A DNA stretch of 64,000 nt from an uncultured Acidobacteriota bacterium (GCA_963702425.1 CAVPCQ010000029.1:20593-84592); one strand, 5' to 3'. Numbered from the stretch's first letter, positions 38,903-49,972 are shown. Notes: generated by a model not told the origin, from the sequence alone. Numbers and translations are program-made.

Positions 38903-41878
38903 TCAAGGCTTCAGGATCACGCCGCGCCCCGAGCGCCCGTCGATCCGCACGTCGAGCGGGTCGCCGAGCCGCACGTGGCGCAGGTACGCGGTCTCGGTCT
39001 CCGCGCGGTGAGCCGCCAGCCAGTCGAAGTCCACGAACCCGCTTCCGCGGCGCTGATGGACGGTCAGGTAACCGGTGCCGAAGGACGTGATGTTGTGGAA
39101 GAAGTGGCTTCCCTCCGACGGCGTCACCTCGACGTCGTCGAGGTCGGTCTCGATGATCGCGCGTGCCCCGGCGATCATCCGCCACTCGACCGGGATCCCC
39201 AGCCAGTTGTCCGAAGTTCCCCAGCGGCCGGGTCCGATCAACAGGTAGGGGCGATTCTCCGCGACCAGCCGGCGATTGATCGTCTCGACCTCGCGCGCGA
39301 TGTCGACCGTCCGGGCGCGGTCGAACGCCTCTCCCCGGATGTAGACGATGTCCCGGATCTCGGCCACGTGCCCGCGGCCGAGAGCCTGCGGCGAGTCGCA
39401 GAGCACCGCCTCGCGGCCGCTGTTCTCGAGCAGCCGGTCGATGTCGTCGGATCCGACATCGACCACCAGCGGCCGGATCTGCAGGACGCCGAACTCCGCC
39501 GGCTCGTCCGTCGTTTCGGGCAGGTTGACCGCGAACTCGATCTCGACCGGGCAGCTCATCGCCTGCTGGCCGAGCGCGAGAAGTGTCCGCAACACCGCGG
39601 CCAGCGGGAAGAGCCGCATCCGGAGGATCGGGTCGAAGGTGACGACGCGGATCCCGGCCCGGCCGACGCCGGGGTAGAAGGCGTCGTCGTCGCGCGAGTA
39701 GGTCGAGGCGACGCGGCCGAGCGTGCCGTCGCGCTCGGCGTGTGCGAGATCGAGGCGCACCAGGGCATCCTCATGCGTCCGGTCGGGGAAGTCGGCCCCG
39801 GCTGACATGTCCAGCGCCCAGAACTGGCGCTGCGAGCTCTTCAGCGTGTTGGCGGTCCCGGCGAACTGCAGCACGGCGCGCGGCGCGCCGGGGGAGAAGC
39901 GCACGGCTCGGCCGCCGTCCACGACCGTGCGCCCCAGCCCCAGCGCCACCGCCGCGACGCCATCCTCCGGCTCGAGCCCGAGCATCGGGTAGTAGTTGTA
40001 GGACTGCGCCACGCCGGCGAAGTCGGGATAGAAGTGCGTGCCGCGCGCGCGCCCCACGAGCTGCTGCACGACGACCGCCATCTTCTCCTCTTCGACGCGG
40101 TGGGGGGTCTGCTGCAGGTAGGCCTTGGAGCTCCACGAGTAGGTCGAGGCGTAGACCAGTTTGATCGCGCCGGCGAGCTGCCGCAGGCGCACCTCCGGGT
40201 CGTCCGCGTTGTTGGCCAACATGATCGTCCGGAAGATTCCGGCGAACGGCTGGTCGTGCGAGTCCTCGAGCAGGCTCGAGGAGCGGACCGCGAGCGGGTA
40301 GCGCGCCGTCTCGAGGAAGGCGACGAGGTCCCGTTCGATCGGCGGGGGGAGCGGCGCGGCGAGAAACGCGGCCTCGATCTCCTCGTCCGGCGCGTCGGAG
40401 AAGGCCAGCCGTCCCAGCCCCGGGGTCTGCATGAACTCGCCGAACACCCCGGTCCCCAGCACCGTCGTCGGCGGCACGAACAGGCGCACCCCGGGCGGGA
40501 CGTGCCCCTCGCGCTGCCGCCCGAGCAACGAGTGGATGAACCCCAGGCCGCGCCCCTTCCCCCCCATCGAGCCGCTCCCGAGCCGGCTGAACGCCTCGGC
40601 GTCGGCCGGCGCCTGCCGCGCGAAGTCGGCGACGACGCCACGGCGCGTCTCGGCCAGCAGGCCCGAGAAGGCCTCGATCAGGTACCGACGCAGCGCGTCC
40701 GTGCTCTCGAACTCCGACACCTTGCGCGGGCGGAACCGGGCGGCCAGCGCGAACTCCGTGCGCGCCATGCACCAGTTCGAGAAGTGGTTGCGCGAGGCGT
40801 GATAGCGCAGCGACGCCTCGGGGACCTGCGCCAGCGCGCCGGGCATCGCAGCCAGGTCCTTGACGCGCAGCAACTCGTGGCCGGTCGGCGGGTCGACGAA
40901 TACGAAATCGCCGAAGCCGAGGTTCCGGCGGATGAAGTGGCGCAACTCCTCGAGCAGTCGCGGCGAGCGCTTGCTCGAGAAGCCCGCCCCCAGCGCGAGG
41001 GCCTTCTCGCGCAGGCCGGCGTCGGAGGACTGCACCAGGACCGGGAGGTCGGGGACAGCCTGGCGGACCTGCCGCAGCAGTTCGATCCCCGCCTCGGGAT
41101 CGGACCGCCCGCCGCGCGGGAAGCGGGCGTCGGTGATGATCCCCAGGATCGAGGGCCGGTAGCGCTCGAACAGGTCGCGGGCCTCCTCGAACGTCTCCGC
41201 CAGCAGGATCTTCGGCCGCGCCCGCATCCGCCGCAGCCGCTCGCGCGCGTTGACGCCGTCGGCCAGCAGCGCCTGCCCCTGCGCGACCAGCTCGGTGTAG
41301 AGCATCGGCAGGTACGAGGAGTAGAAGCGCACCGAGTTCTCGACCAGCAGGATCATCCGCACGCCGGCGAGGGCGATGTCGCGCTCGGTGTTCCGCTGGT
41401 CTTCGATGTACTTGACGATCGCCAGGAACAGCGCCACGTCGCCGCGCCAGACGAACACCTGGTCGACCGCGGGCGGACCGGGCTGCGCCTTGACGCGGTG
41501 CGCCTCGCGCTGGTTGTCGGCGAGCATCACGACCGGCAAGTCGGGGAAGCGGGCCTTCACCTGCTCGCTGAACTGCCGGACCTCCATCCCGCCGAGCCGG
41601 GCCATCGTGATGACCAGGTCGAACGGCCGAGCTTCGAGCAGCGCGAGCGCCTCCTCGGCCGTCGCGGCCAGCGTGATGCGCGGCGCGAAGCTCAGCTTCA
41701 GCTCGTAGAACTCGGCGTCGAGGCTCTCGGAGAGCTGCCCGTCCTCTTCGAGGATGAACGAGTCGTAGAGGCTGGCGACCAGCAGGACCTCGTGGACCCG
41801 GAACGCCATCAGCTGGCGGAAGACCGCCTCTTCGGGGTCGATCTCGTGCGCCGTCCGTCCGAGGGGTTCCTCGCTCAT
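38903..41878 (-). CDS. PPDK-N-like paralogue 4 with N-terminal receiver-like domains
   Basis: Receiver-like segments (PFDLVIT; GIITDARFP..AGIELL..PVLVQS), HFSNW segment, MGGKGRGL, RSSSLLED, GPGRWG, SEGSHFFHN; ATG at 41878. Confidence 0.85.
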   Translation of the reverse strand: MSEEPLGRTAHEIDPEEAVFRQLMAFRVHEVLLVASLYDSFILEEDGQLSESLDAEFYELKLSFAPRITLAATAEEALALLEARPFDLVITMARLGGMEVRQFSEQVKARFPDLPVVMLADNQREAHRVKAQPGPPAVDQVFVWRGDVALFLAIVKYIEDQRNTERDIALAGVRMILLVENSVRFYSSYLPMLYTELVAQGQALLADGVNARERLRRMRARPKILLAETFEEARDLFERYRPSILGIITDARFPRGGRSDPEAGIELLRQVRQAVPDLPVLVQSSDAGLREKALALGAGFSSKRSPRLLEELRHFIRRNLGFGDFVFVDPPTGHELLRVKDLAAMPGALAQVPEASLRYHASRNHFSNWCMARTEFALAARFRPRKVSEFESTDALRRYLIEAFSGLLAETRRGVVADFARQAPADAEAFSRLGSGSMGGKGRGLGFIHSLLGRQREGHVPPGVRLFVPPTTVLGTGVFGEFMQTPGLGRLAFSDAPDEEIEAAFLAAPLPPPIERDLVAFLETARYPLAVRSSSLLEDSHDQPFAGIFRTIMLANNADDPEVRLRQLAGAIKLVYASTYSWSSKAYLQQTPHRVEEEKMAVVVQQLVGRARGTHFYPDFAGVAQSYNYYPMLGLEPEDGVAAVALGLGRTVVDGGRAVRFSPGAPRAVLQFAGTANTLKSSQRQFWALDMSAGADFPDRTHEDALVRLDLAHAERDGTLGRVASTYSRDDDAFYPGVGRAGIRVVTFDPILRMRLFPLAAVLRTLLALGQQAMSCPVEIEFAVNLPETTDEPAEFGVLQIRPLVVDVGSDDIDRLLENSGREAVLCDSPQALGRGHVAEIRDIVYIRGEAFDRARTVDIAREVETINRRLVAENRPYLLIGPGRWGTSDNWLGIPVEWRMIAGARAIIETDLDDVEVTPSEGSHFFHNITSFGTGYLTVHQRRGSGFVDFDWLAAHRAETETAYLRHVRLGDPLDVRIDGRSGRGVILKP

Positions 41879-41901
41879 CGCGCCTCCGCAACGTGCCCGT
41901 G

Positions 41902-44166
41902 CTACTTCGCGGCGGCACCCTCCGGCCGCAGATAGCGCTCCAGTTGCTCGGCGATCCGGCGGTGCAGGTGCAGCCGTGCCGGGTTGCCCGGGATCCCGTG
42001 ATTCTTGTTGGGGTAGAGCTGCAGGTCGTACGGTTTCCCGGCCAGGTAGAGCTTCTCGGCCAGCTGGAGCGTGTTCTGCACGTGCACGTTGTCGTCGCTG
42101 GTGCCGTGGATCAGCAGCAGCGCGCCGCCGAGCTTGTCGGCCTGGTTGACGGACGACGAGTCGCGGTAGCCGTCGGGGTTCCCGGAGGGCAGCTTCAGGT
42201 AGCGCTCGGTGTAGGCCGAGTCGTACAGCAGCCAGTTGGTCACCGGCGCGACTGCGGCGCCGACCTTGAAGACCCCCGGCGCGTTGGTCAGCGCGTAGGT
42301 CGTCATGTAGCCGCCGTACGACCAGCCCCAGATTCCGATCCGCTCGCCGTCCACGAAGGGGAGCGACTTGAGGTACTCGACGCCGACCAGCTGGTCCTCC
42401 AGCTCGATCTTGCCGAAGCGCTTCAGCAGGGCCCGCTCGAAGGCCCGCTCGCGGCCGCCGGAGCCGCGGTTGTCGATCGAGAAGACGAGGGTACCGCGCC
42501 CGGCGAGGTAGCTGTGGAACATCGTGTACGAGCGCGCCCAGGCGTCGGAGACGACCTGCGGGCCGGGGCCGCCGTAGACGTAGACGACGACCGGGTACTT
42601 CTTCGCCGGGTCGAAGTCGGCGGGCTTGAGCAGGCTGGCGTGCAGCGTGGTGCCGTCCTTCGCCTTCAGGGTGAGGAACTCCTGCGTCCCGATCGCGTAC
42701 TCGAACCACGGCGCCTTGCCGTTGTCGATCAGCGTCGCCTTGCGCCGCCCCGCGGCGTCGATCAGGTAGGTCGACGGGGGGACGAGCGCCGCGGAGAAGC
42801 TGTCGACCGCGAAGCGGTTCCCCGGCGCCATCTCGGTGACGTAGTGGGTGCCCTTTTCTTCGGTCAGGCGCTTGAAGCCGGAGCCGTCGAGCTGCACGCG
42901 GTAGAGTTGCAGCTCGAGCACGTTCTTCTGCTTCCCGACGAAGAAGACCGTGCCCGCGGCCTCGTCGAGGCCGACGACGGCAGAGACGTTCCACGGTCCG
43001 GAGGTGAGCTGCCGGATCGGCCTGCCGGCGGCGTCATGGAGACAAAGGTGCCGGTTGCCGTCGCGCTCGGAGGACCACAGGAAGCGCCCGTCGGCGAGAA
43101 AACGCAGGTCGTCGTGCAGGTTGATCCACGCGGCGTCGGTCTCGACGAGCAGCGGCGTCGAGACGCCGGTCGCACGGTCGAGCAGCGTCAGCTGCAGCCG
43201 CGTCTGGAGCCGGTCGATGACCTGGTACCAGGCCGCGTTGCCGTTCGGCGTCCAGCCGACGCGCACGAGGTAGGTCTCGCCATTCGGCCACTTCAGCTCG
43301 TGGGCCAGGGCGCGCCCGTCGGGCTCCGGGACGACGGAGACGACGCGCAGCGACGGGATCGGGTTCGGGTCTCCGGCCTTCGGGTAGGGGCTCGAGGTGA
43401 CGACCGGCTGGACGCTCATCTCGTCGATCAGCGGGTAGCGCGGCACCGGGGTCTGGTCGAGCGAGACGTAGGCGATCGCGCGCGAGTCGGGCGACCAGAC
43501 GTAGGCCGGCGTCCCCGGCCCGGCCAGCTCCTCGCCGTAGAGCCAGTCCCACTGCGCGTTGATCCGGTTGTCGCCGCCGTCGGTCGAGAGTCGGATCTCT
43601 CTCCCCGAGGCCAGTTCGAGCGCGTACAGGTCATGGTCGCGCACGAAGGCGAGGAAGCGGCCGTCGGGCGAGAACTTCGGGTCCTCCTCCGCGGCCGGCG
43701 AGTCGGTCAAGCGACGCACCGCGCTGCTCGCGAGGTCGAACAGGAACAGGTCCGCCCCGCCGGTGAGGAGCAGCGCCTTGCCGTCTGGCGCCCAGCGGTA
43801 GCCGCGCAGCGACGGCTTCACCGCCGCGTCGCCGGCACCGAACGCCGGCAGGTCCTTTTCCGCAAGCAGCGTCGTCTTCGCGCCCGTGGCGGCGACGATC
43901 GCGACCAGCGTTCCCGGGGCATCGCGTTCCGTCCCGGCGCGCTCGATCAGCGCGACGCGCGAGCCGTCGGGCGCCCACGCCACCCCTTCGGCGACGGTGC
44001 CGCCCAGCGGCGGGTCGGCGAAGATCCGCTCCAGCGTCAGCTCCTTGCCGCCGGCCCCTGGCGCAGACGCGGAGAGGCCGGCGGCGGAGAGCGCAGCGAG
44101 CACGCTGAGCGCGATGCGAGGAACGAGCGTCACGAGAAATCCGGCACGACGGCGAACGCGGCGCAT
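41902..44166 (-). CDS. S9 family dipeptidyl peptidase IV
   Basis: Signal peptide, beta-propeller, GWSYGG nucleophile, DDNVH, NKNHGI; GGAGG RBS. Confidence 0.93.
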   Translation of the reverse strand: MRRVRRRAGFLVTLVPRIALSVLAALSAAGLSASAPGAGGKELTLERIFADPPLGGTVAEGVAWAPDGSRVALIERAGTERDAPGTLVAIVAATGAKTTLLAEKDLPAFGAGDAAVKPSLRGYRWAPDGKALLLTGGADLFLFDLASSAVRRLTDSPAAEEDPKFSPDGRFLAFVRDHDLYALELASGREIRLSTDGGDNRINAQWDWLYGEELAGPGTPAYVWSPDSRAIAYVSLDQTPVPRYPLIDEMSVQPVVTSSPYPKAGDPNPIPSLRVVSVVPEPDGRALAHELKWPNGETYLVRVGWTPNGNAAWYQVIDRLQTRLQLTLLDRATGVSTPLLVETDAAWINLHDDLRFLADGRFLWSSERDGNRHLCLHDAAGRPIRQLTSGPWNVSAVVGLDEAAGTVFFVGKQKNVLELQLYRVQLDGSGFKRLTEEKGTHYVTEMAPGNRFAVDSFSAALVPPSTYLIDAAGRRKATLIDNGKAPWFEYAIGTQEFLTLKAKDGTTLHASLLKPADFDPAKKYPVVVYVYGGPGPQVVSDAWARSYTMFHSYLAGRGTLVFSIDNRGSGGRERAFERALLKRFGKIELEDQLVGVEYLKSLPFVDGERIGIWGWSYGGYMTTYALTNAPGVFKVGAAVAPVTNWLLYDSAYTERYLKLPSGNPDGYRDSSSVNQADKLGGALLLIHGTSDDNVHVQNTLQLAEKLYLAGKPYDLQLYPNKNHGIPGNPARLHLHRRIAEQLERYLRPEGAAAK

Positions 44167-44267
44167 GAATCCTCCGGGACGAGGCGGCATGAGTATCCCC
44201 CATCCCGGGGGGCGGGGCAGCCAGTGCGCGGCGCCCGTCCGCCCGGACCGTTCGCGGACGATCCGGA

Positions 44268-45926
44268 CTAGCGTGCAGCGCGCGGCACCGCGACCCCGAG
44301 CGTCGTGACCGTCCCCGCGACCAGATCGACGACGCGCACGCGGTGGTTGTTCGTGTCGGCGACGTAGATCAGGTTTCCGGCGACGGCGAGCCCCCCCGGC
44401 TCCGAGAACGACGCCGAGGCCAGCGGCCCGTCGGCCGCGCCCGGTTTCCCCGTGCCGGCGACGGTCACGATTTCGCCCGTTGCCGGGTCGAGGCGCTTGA
44501 CCCGGTGGTTGTAGCTGTCGGCGACGAAGACCGTCCCGTCCGGCGCGGCGGTCACGCCGAGCGGGTGCTGCAGCTTGGCCGCCATCCCGCGTCCGTCGGC
44601 GTCGCCGAACGAGAACAGGTCCTGCGCGATCGGGCTCGCGCCGGCGAGCGTGACGACCTTGCCGGCGTCGAGGTCGACCGCGCGGATGCTCGACGACTCG
44701 CTGTCGGCGAAGACCAGCCGCCGCCCCGCGAGCGCCAGGCCCGACGGCTGCGCCAGCGCGGCGGTCGCGAGTGGCCCGTCCATGCGGGCTTCGCGCCCGC
44801 TGCCGGCGAAGGCGCGGGCGGTCCCCGCGGCGAGGTCGATCGTCCAGATCTGGTGCGTCCCGGCCATCGCGACGTAGAGCGTCGAGCCGTCGAGCAGCAG
44901 GTCCCAAGGCGAGGCGAGGTCCAGGATCGCGGCCGGGCGCCCCCCGATCCGATCCTGGCCCTGCCGCCCGGTCCCCGCGATCGTCGTCACGCTGCGTGCC
45001 GCCAGGTCGACCCGGCGCACGGCGTGGTTGCCGGTGTCGGCGACATAGAGCACGCCGTCGCCGAGCGCGAGCCCCTGCGGCTTTCTGAAACGCGCGGCCT
45101 CGTATCCGCCGTCCGCCAGCCCGGGCGCGCCGCTGCCGATCGTCTCGAGCACCCGGCCGTCCAGCCCCATCACGAGCAGCCGGTCGTGGGACGAATCGGC
45201 GACGAACAGCCGCCCGCCCGTGGGGTCGGCGACGATCTTCCCGGGGAATGCCAGCTCCCCCGGCGCCTGCCGCGCGCGCTCGGGCGCCAGCGGCAGCGGC
45301 CGCGGGGCGAGCTTCCCCTTCGCACGGTAGATGTCGAGCGCGACCGCGATGATCCGCTCCAGCTCGTCCCGGTGTCCCTCGCCCGACATCGCGGCGAGGA
45401 CGTAGCCGTCGGGGCCTACCACCATCAGCGTCGGCCAGGCGCCGGCGCCGTAGCGCTGCCAGATGTCGAACCCCGGGTCGCTGACCACTGGGTGCTCGAT
45501 CCCGTAGCGCAGCACCGCCTGGCGGATGTTGTCGGCGTCGCGCTCGTTCTCGAACTTCGCCGAGTGGATCCCGACCACGACGAACGGGTCGTCCGCGAAG
45601 CGCTGCTCGAGGTAGGCGAGATCGGGCAGGATCTGGATGCAGTTGATGCAGCAGAAGGTCCAGAAGTCGAGCAGCACGACGCGCCCGGCCAGGTCCTCCT
45701 TCAGCGACAGCGGGCGGCTGACGTTGAACCAGTCCTTGCCGTCGCCGAACTCCGGCGCGCGGATCCCCTGGCGGATGGTGCGTTCGATGCTGTCCCTGGT
45801 CTGCGCGATCTCGAATTCGGTCATCGGTGGCGTGGTCGCTTTCGGAGGGGAGGGAGGAGCGGGGCAGGCAGCGGCGGTCACGGCCAGGGCCGCGGCGAGA
45901 AGGGACGCATGGGGGGTGGTCGTCAA
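44268..45926 (-). CDS. Thioredoxin-like + NHL repeat protein (NHLRC2/SOQ1-like), probable lipoprotein
   Basis: DFWTFCCINC, HSAKFENE, repeated YVADTxNH motifs. Confidence 0.88.
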   Translation of the reverse strand: MTTTPHASLLAAALAVTAAACPAPPSPPKATTPPMTEFEIAQTRDSIERTIRQGIRAPEFGDGKDWFNVSRPLSLKEDLAGRVVLLDFWTFCCINCIQILPDLAYLEQRFADDPFVVVGIHSAKFENERDADNIRQAVLRYGIEHPVVSDPGFDIWQRYGAGAWPTLMVVGPDGYVLAAMSGEGHRDELERIIAVALDIYRAKGKLAPRPLPLAPERARQAPGELAFPGKIVADPTGGRLFVADSSHDRLLVMGLDGRVLETIGSGAPGLADGGYEAARFRKPQGLALGDGVLYVADTGNHAVRRVDLAARSVTTIAGTGRQGQDRIGGRPAAILDLASPWDLLLDGSTLYVAMAGTHQIWTIDLAAGTARAFAGSGREARMDGPLATAALAQPSGLALAGRRLVFADSESSSIRAVDLDAGKVVTLAGASPIAQDLFSFGDADGRGMAAKLQHPLGVTAAPDGTVFVADSYNHRVKRLDPATGEIVTVAGTGKPGAADGPLASASFSEPGGLAVAGNLIYVADTNNHRVRVVDLVAGTVTTLGVAVPRAAR

Positions 45927-46033
45927 AGGGAGGGGGCTCGTCGAGAGCCGGACAGTTAACAGCGAACCGGCTGCGGATGCTACATTGCCGCCCTCCGGGC
46001 CCCCGGCCCGGTCCGCTGCGAAAGGAAACGGCC

Positions 46034-46369
46034 ATGAGCGATCTCGAGGACCGGCACTGCCGGCCGTACGAAGGGGCGCCGGAGGGGCGGCTTTCCCCGG
46101 CCCGCGTCCAGGAACTGCTCGCGCAGGTCCGCGGCTGGAGCGTCGACGCGGACGGCGCCGGGATCCGCCGGGAATTCAAGTTCCCCGACTTCTATCGCAC
46201 GATGAACTTCATCAACGCGGTCGCCTGGATCGCCAACGCCGAGGATCACCACCCGGACGTCGAGCTGGGCTACAACTACGCGCGGGTGCGCTTCTCGACC
46301 CACTCGGTGAAGGGGCTGTCCGAGAACGACTTCATCTGCGCGGCGAAGATCGACGCGCTGGTCGGCTGA
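46034..46369 (+). CDS. phhB: Pterin-4-alpha-carbinolamine dehydratase
   Basis: EDHHPD, THSVKGLSENDFICAAKID. Confidence 0.92.
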   Translation: MSDLEDRHCRPYEGAPEGRLSPARVQELLAQVRGWSVDADGAGIRREFKFPDFYRTMNFINAVAWIANAEDHHPDVELGYNYARVRFSTHSVKGLSENDFICAAKIDALVG

Positions 46370-46416
46370 GCGGCGACCCTCGGCCGCGGCCCCGCCCGCG
46401 GCGGGCGCGGAAGGAA

Positions 46417-46493
<77 letters not shown>

Positions 46494-46533
46494 GCGCGGA
46501 CCTGACGCCCGGCGGCCTTCGGCGGGCGCGGCC

Positions 46534-46561
46534 AGTATAGGAACGGCGCCGGGGGTGTCAA
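46534..46561 (-). promoter_or_regulatory. Sigma70 promoter for tRNA-Glu
   Basis: TTGACA - 16 bp - TATACT on minus strand. Confidence 0.7.
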
Positions 46562-46582
46562 CGCGCGGGCCCCCGGCGAGCC

Positions 46583-47557
46583 GTGGACCCGCCCCTCGTT
46601 GAGACTACAATCCGCCCCGTGACGACCCGCTTCGCGCGACCGCTCGCCGCCGCCGCCCTGGTTGCGACCCTCCTCGCGTTCGCCGGCCTGGGCGCACCCG
46701 TCGCCGCCGCCTCTCCCCAGGCGGCGCCGTCCCCGCCGCCCGCGCCCACGCCGTCGACCCCCGCGCCGCCGGCGAGCCCACCGCCCACGACGCCCCCGGC
46801 CCCCGCTCCGGCCGCCCCGGCGCCCGCCGCGAGCACCGCCTTCCGCGTCGTGATCGACCCCGGCCACGGCGCGACCGAGGACGGGGCGATCGGGCCGTCG
46901 GGCCTCAAGGAAAAGGACCTCGCGCTCGACATGGCGCGCCGCCTCGCGGCGCTGCTCAAGGCCGACGGCTTCGAGGTCGTCCTGACCCGCGAGGGGGACG
47001 ACGGTCCGACGCTCGACCAGCGCGCCGAGGTCGCCAACGTCCAGCGCGCCGACGTCTTCCTCTCGCTCCACGCCAACGCCTCGCGCTCGTCGAAGGCGCG
47101 CGGCGCCGAAACCTACTTCCTGTCGCGCGACTCGACCGATGACGCGGCACGCACCGTCGCCGCGATCGAGAACGACGCAGCCGGCGTCAACGGCGGGGTT
47201 TCGGCGGGGACCGTCCCGGGCGACGGGGACGGCGCGATCCCACTGATCCTCTGGGACATGGCGCAGACGATCTACCTCGAGCAGAGCTCGCAGCTGGCGG
47301 AGATCGTGCAGCGCGAGCTGAACGGCGCGCTCGCGATCACCGACCGCGGCGTGCGGCAGGCGCCGTTCCGCGTGCTGGTCGGGGCGACGATGCCGGCGGT
47401 GCTGGTCGAGCTGGGTTTCCTCACCAACCCGGAGGAAGAGAAGCGCCTGGCCGACGGCGAGTACCGCCGCAAGCTCTCCGAGGCGCTGCTGGCCGCGCTC
47501 AAGCAGTATCGCACCCGGGTCGGAGCCCGCGGCGCCGCACCCGGGACCGCCCGGTGA
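46583..47557 (+). CDS. N-acetylmuramoyl-L-alanine amidase (Amidase_3); start may be 46619
   Basis: IDPGHG, EKDLAL, SLHANAS, MPAVLVELGFLTN; signal peptide and Pro-rich linker. Confidence 0.9.
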   Translation: MDPPLVETTIRPVTTRFARPLAAAALVATLLAFAGLGAPVAAASPQAAPSPPPAPTPSTPAPPASPPPTTPPAPAPAAPAPAASTAFRVVIDPGHGATEDGAIGPSGLKEKDLALDMARRLAALLKADGFEVVLTREGDDGPTLDQRAEVANVQRADVFLSLHANASRSSKARGAETYFLSRDSTDDAARTVAAIENDAAGVNGGVSAGTVPGDGDGAIPLILWDMAQTIYLEQSSQLAEIVQRELNGALAITDRGVRQAPFRVLVGATMPAVLVELGFLTNPEEEKRLADGEYRRKLSEALLAALKQYRTRVGARGAAPGTAR

Positions 47558-48219
47558 ACCGCAAGGCGGCGATCGCACTGGGTCTCGCGGTGGGTGTCCT
47601 CGGCGGCCTGCTGATCCTGGCCGGACTGTGGATCACCTCGTGTGGGCGTGCTCCACGCGGCCGTTCCGGGGAAACGGGCGCCGCACCCGGCGATGTCGCG
47701 ACGCCCGCGGCCGCCGCCGTCCCGGAAACCGAGGTCGCGTACGAGGAGGTGACGATCTACCTGCGCGCTCCGGACGAGGCGCTCGCCCTGGCCGCGGTGC
47801 CGGCGCGAATCGTCTACTTTCCGTCGCCGGTGGAGCGCGCGCGGCAGATCGCGCGGCTGGTGCTCGACGGCGTCCCGGAGGCGACGGGCGCCGTCGCGCC
47901 GGTGCGCGGTGGCGTGCGGCTGCGCGAGGTGCTGGTCGACGACCGGAGCATCGCGTGGGTCGACCTCGAGGGGCCCAGCCTGCGTGCGGTCGGTGGCTCC
48001 GACGAGGAAATGGCGCTGATCGCGGCGCTGGCGCGCTCGCTGAACGAGAACCTGGAGGAAGTCGAGCGCGTCGGCTTCCTGGTGTCGGGCGACCCGGTCG
48101 AGACGCTGGCCGGCCACGTCGACGCGACGCGCACCTACACCGGCTACGAGTGGCCCGGGCCGCCGCCTCCGTCTCCGCTGTTGCCGCCGTCGCAAGCCAC
48201 GCCGCAGGCCACGCCGTGA
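47554..48219 (+). CDS. GerMN domain protein
   Basis: N-terminal TM; GGSDEE...V.FLVSG...TLAGHVD; located between amidase and murI. Confidence 0.75.
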   Translation: MNRKAAIALGLAVGVLGGLLILAGLWITSCGRAPRGRSGETGAAPGDVATPAAAAVPETEVAYEEVTIYLRAPDEALALAAVPARIVYFPSPVERARQIARLVLDGVPEATGAVAPVRGGVRLREVLVDDRSIAWVDLEGPSLRAVGGSDEEMALIAALARSLNENLEEVERVGFLVSGDPVETLAGHVDATRTYTGYEWPGPPPPSPLLPPSQATPQATP

Positions 48220-49044
48220 AGTGGGGCGTCTTCGACTCCGGCGTCGGCGGCCTGACGGTCGTGCACGCGCTCAAGGAACTGCTGCCCGACGATCCACTCG
48301 ACTACCTCGGCGACACCGCGCGCGTTCCGTACGGCATCCGCTCGGTCGAGACGGTGCGGCGCTACGCGCACGAGGCGGCGGAGTTCCTCGCCGGCCGCGG
48401 CGCGGACGGGCTGATCGTCGCCTGCAACACCGCCTCGGCGTTGGCGCTGGACGTCTTCCGCGACCTCTTTCCGGGGCCGGTGCTGGGGGTGGTCGAGCCG
48501 GGGGTGCAGGAGGCGCTGGCGGCGACGGCGAGCGGGCGCATCGGCGTGATCGGCACGCCGGCGACGATCCGCTCCGACGCCTACGGCCGCCGGCTGCGCG
48601 AGCTGCGCCCGGGGATCGAGGTCCACTCCGCGGCCTGCCCGCTCTTCGTGCCGCTGGCCGAGGAGGGCTGGACGGAAGGCGCAGATCCCGGCGCTGGTCG
48701 CGGAGCGCTACCTCGCGCCGCTGCGCGCGCGTGGAATCGACGCGCTGGTGCTGGGCTGCACGCACTACCCGCTGCTGGCGGCGACGATCCGCGAGGTGAT
48801 GGGGCCCTCCGTGACGCTGGTCGACTCCGCCGCGGCGGTGGCGCGCGCGGCGGCGGCGCACGAGGGGAAGCCGCTCGCCGCGCCGGCCGGACGCGGCGCG
48901 CCGCGCGACGGCGGGCTGCTGCGGCCGGGGCGCGACCGGATCTTCGTCACCGACCCGGGTGGCTCGTTCCGCGGCGTGGCGGACCGGTTCCTCGGCGCGC
49001 CGCTGCCGGAGCCGGAGGTCGCGGTGCTGGGGCCGCACGCATGA
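48216..49044 (+). CDS. murI: Glutamate racemase, one frameshift near 48680
   Basis: [33 protein letters not shown] then [11 protein letters not shown] in next frame. Confidence 0.9.
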
Positions 49045-49074
49045 GACGCGCGGCGGCCCGCGCCGCAGCCACGC

Positions 49075-49972
49075 CTACTCGAGCTTGAAGTTCATGACGA
49101 CCGTGAAATAGACGGTGACCGGCACACCGTTGCGCGTCGCCGGGGCGTACTTCCACCGCGAGACGGCGTCCACGACCGCGGCTGCCAGGTCCTCGCACCC
49201 CTCGGGGACCTTGAGCAGTGTCGGCGCACGCACGTGACCCTGCGTGTCGATGACCGCCTGGATGATCACCTTGCCCTGGCGGCCTTCCTTGCGCGCCGTG
49301 GGCGGGTAGTCCGGGTCGACCTTCTCGAGCAGCGTGGGCGGTTCGATCTCGCCTGCGACGAGTTCGATCGGCCCTTCGGCCGCGATCCGTCGCTCGGCCT
49401 CCGAAGGCGCGAGCGCGGTCACCGCAAGCACGAGCCATTCGCCGGCCAGCGGTGACGGCGCCGCGATCGCGACCGTACGGTGAGGTGCGGCCAGAACGCG
49501 CGCCTCGGCCAGCGCCACGCCGCCGTCCATCGGCAACAGCTCGAGTGACAGATCGTGCGGAGCGTCGCTGTCAACCGGCGCCTTCCCGGCGAAGCGCAAC
49601 CGCACGCTGGTCTCTCCCGGGTAGAGGGTGGCCTCGAAGCGGGCCGTGCCGGAAGGGTCCGGCCTGACGATGTAGCCGGTCACCGGCACGGCCCGCGCGC
49701 CGCCCAGCCCCTTCGCCAGCGCGTCGAGTTGCGCCGGCGTGCCCCAGGCTTCCTCGGCTGGGCGCGACGATCGGCCGGCCGCAGAAACCGTCGCAGCGCA
49801 CCGCCGCACCGCGCGAGGCGTCGGCGCCGGTCACGCGCACGACGCGCAGGTGGTAGTAGGGCGTGGCCGAGGCCACGGAGATTGACGAGGCCGGGTCGGG
49901 CGGGCCGGCGATCACGACGCCGGACGCAGCAACGACGAACACCATCAGCACGAGCAGCGCAGCGACTCTCAT
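49075..49972 (-). CDS. TonB C-terminal domain protein, frameshift near 49765
   Basis: PDYPPTAR..QGKVII.AVID..G.V..WKYAPA; signal/TM N-terminus in another frame. Confidence 0.75.

Noticed and set aside
38903-46179. Very long ORFs (1363 aa, 1425 aa) suggesting giant proteins
   Set aside because: N-terminal parts are off-frame read-through of neighbouring real genes in GC-rich DNA; true starts at 41878 and 44166
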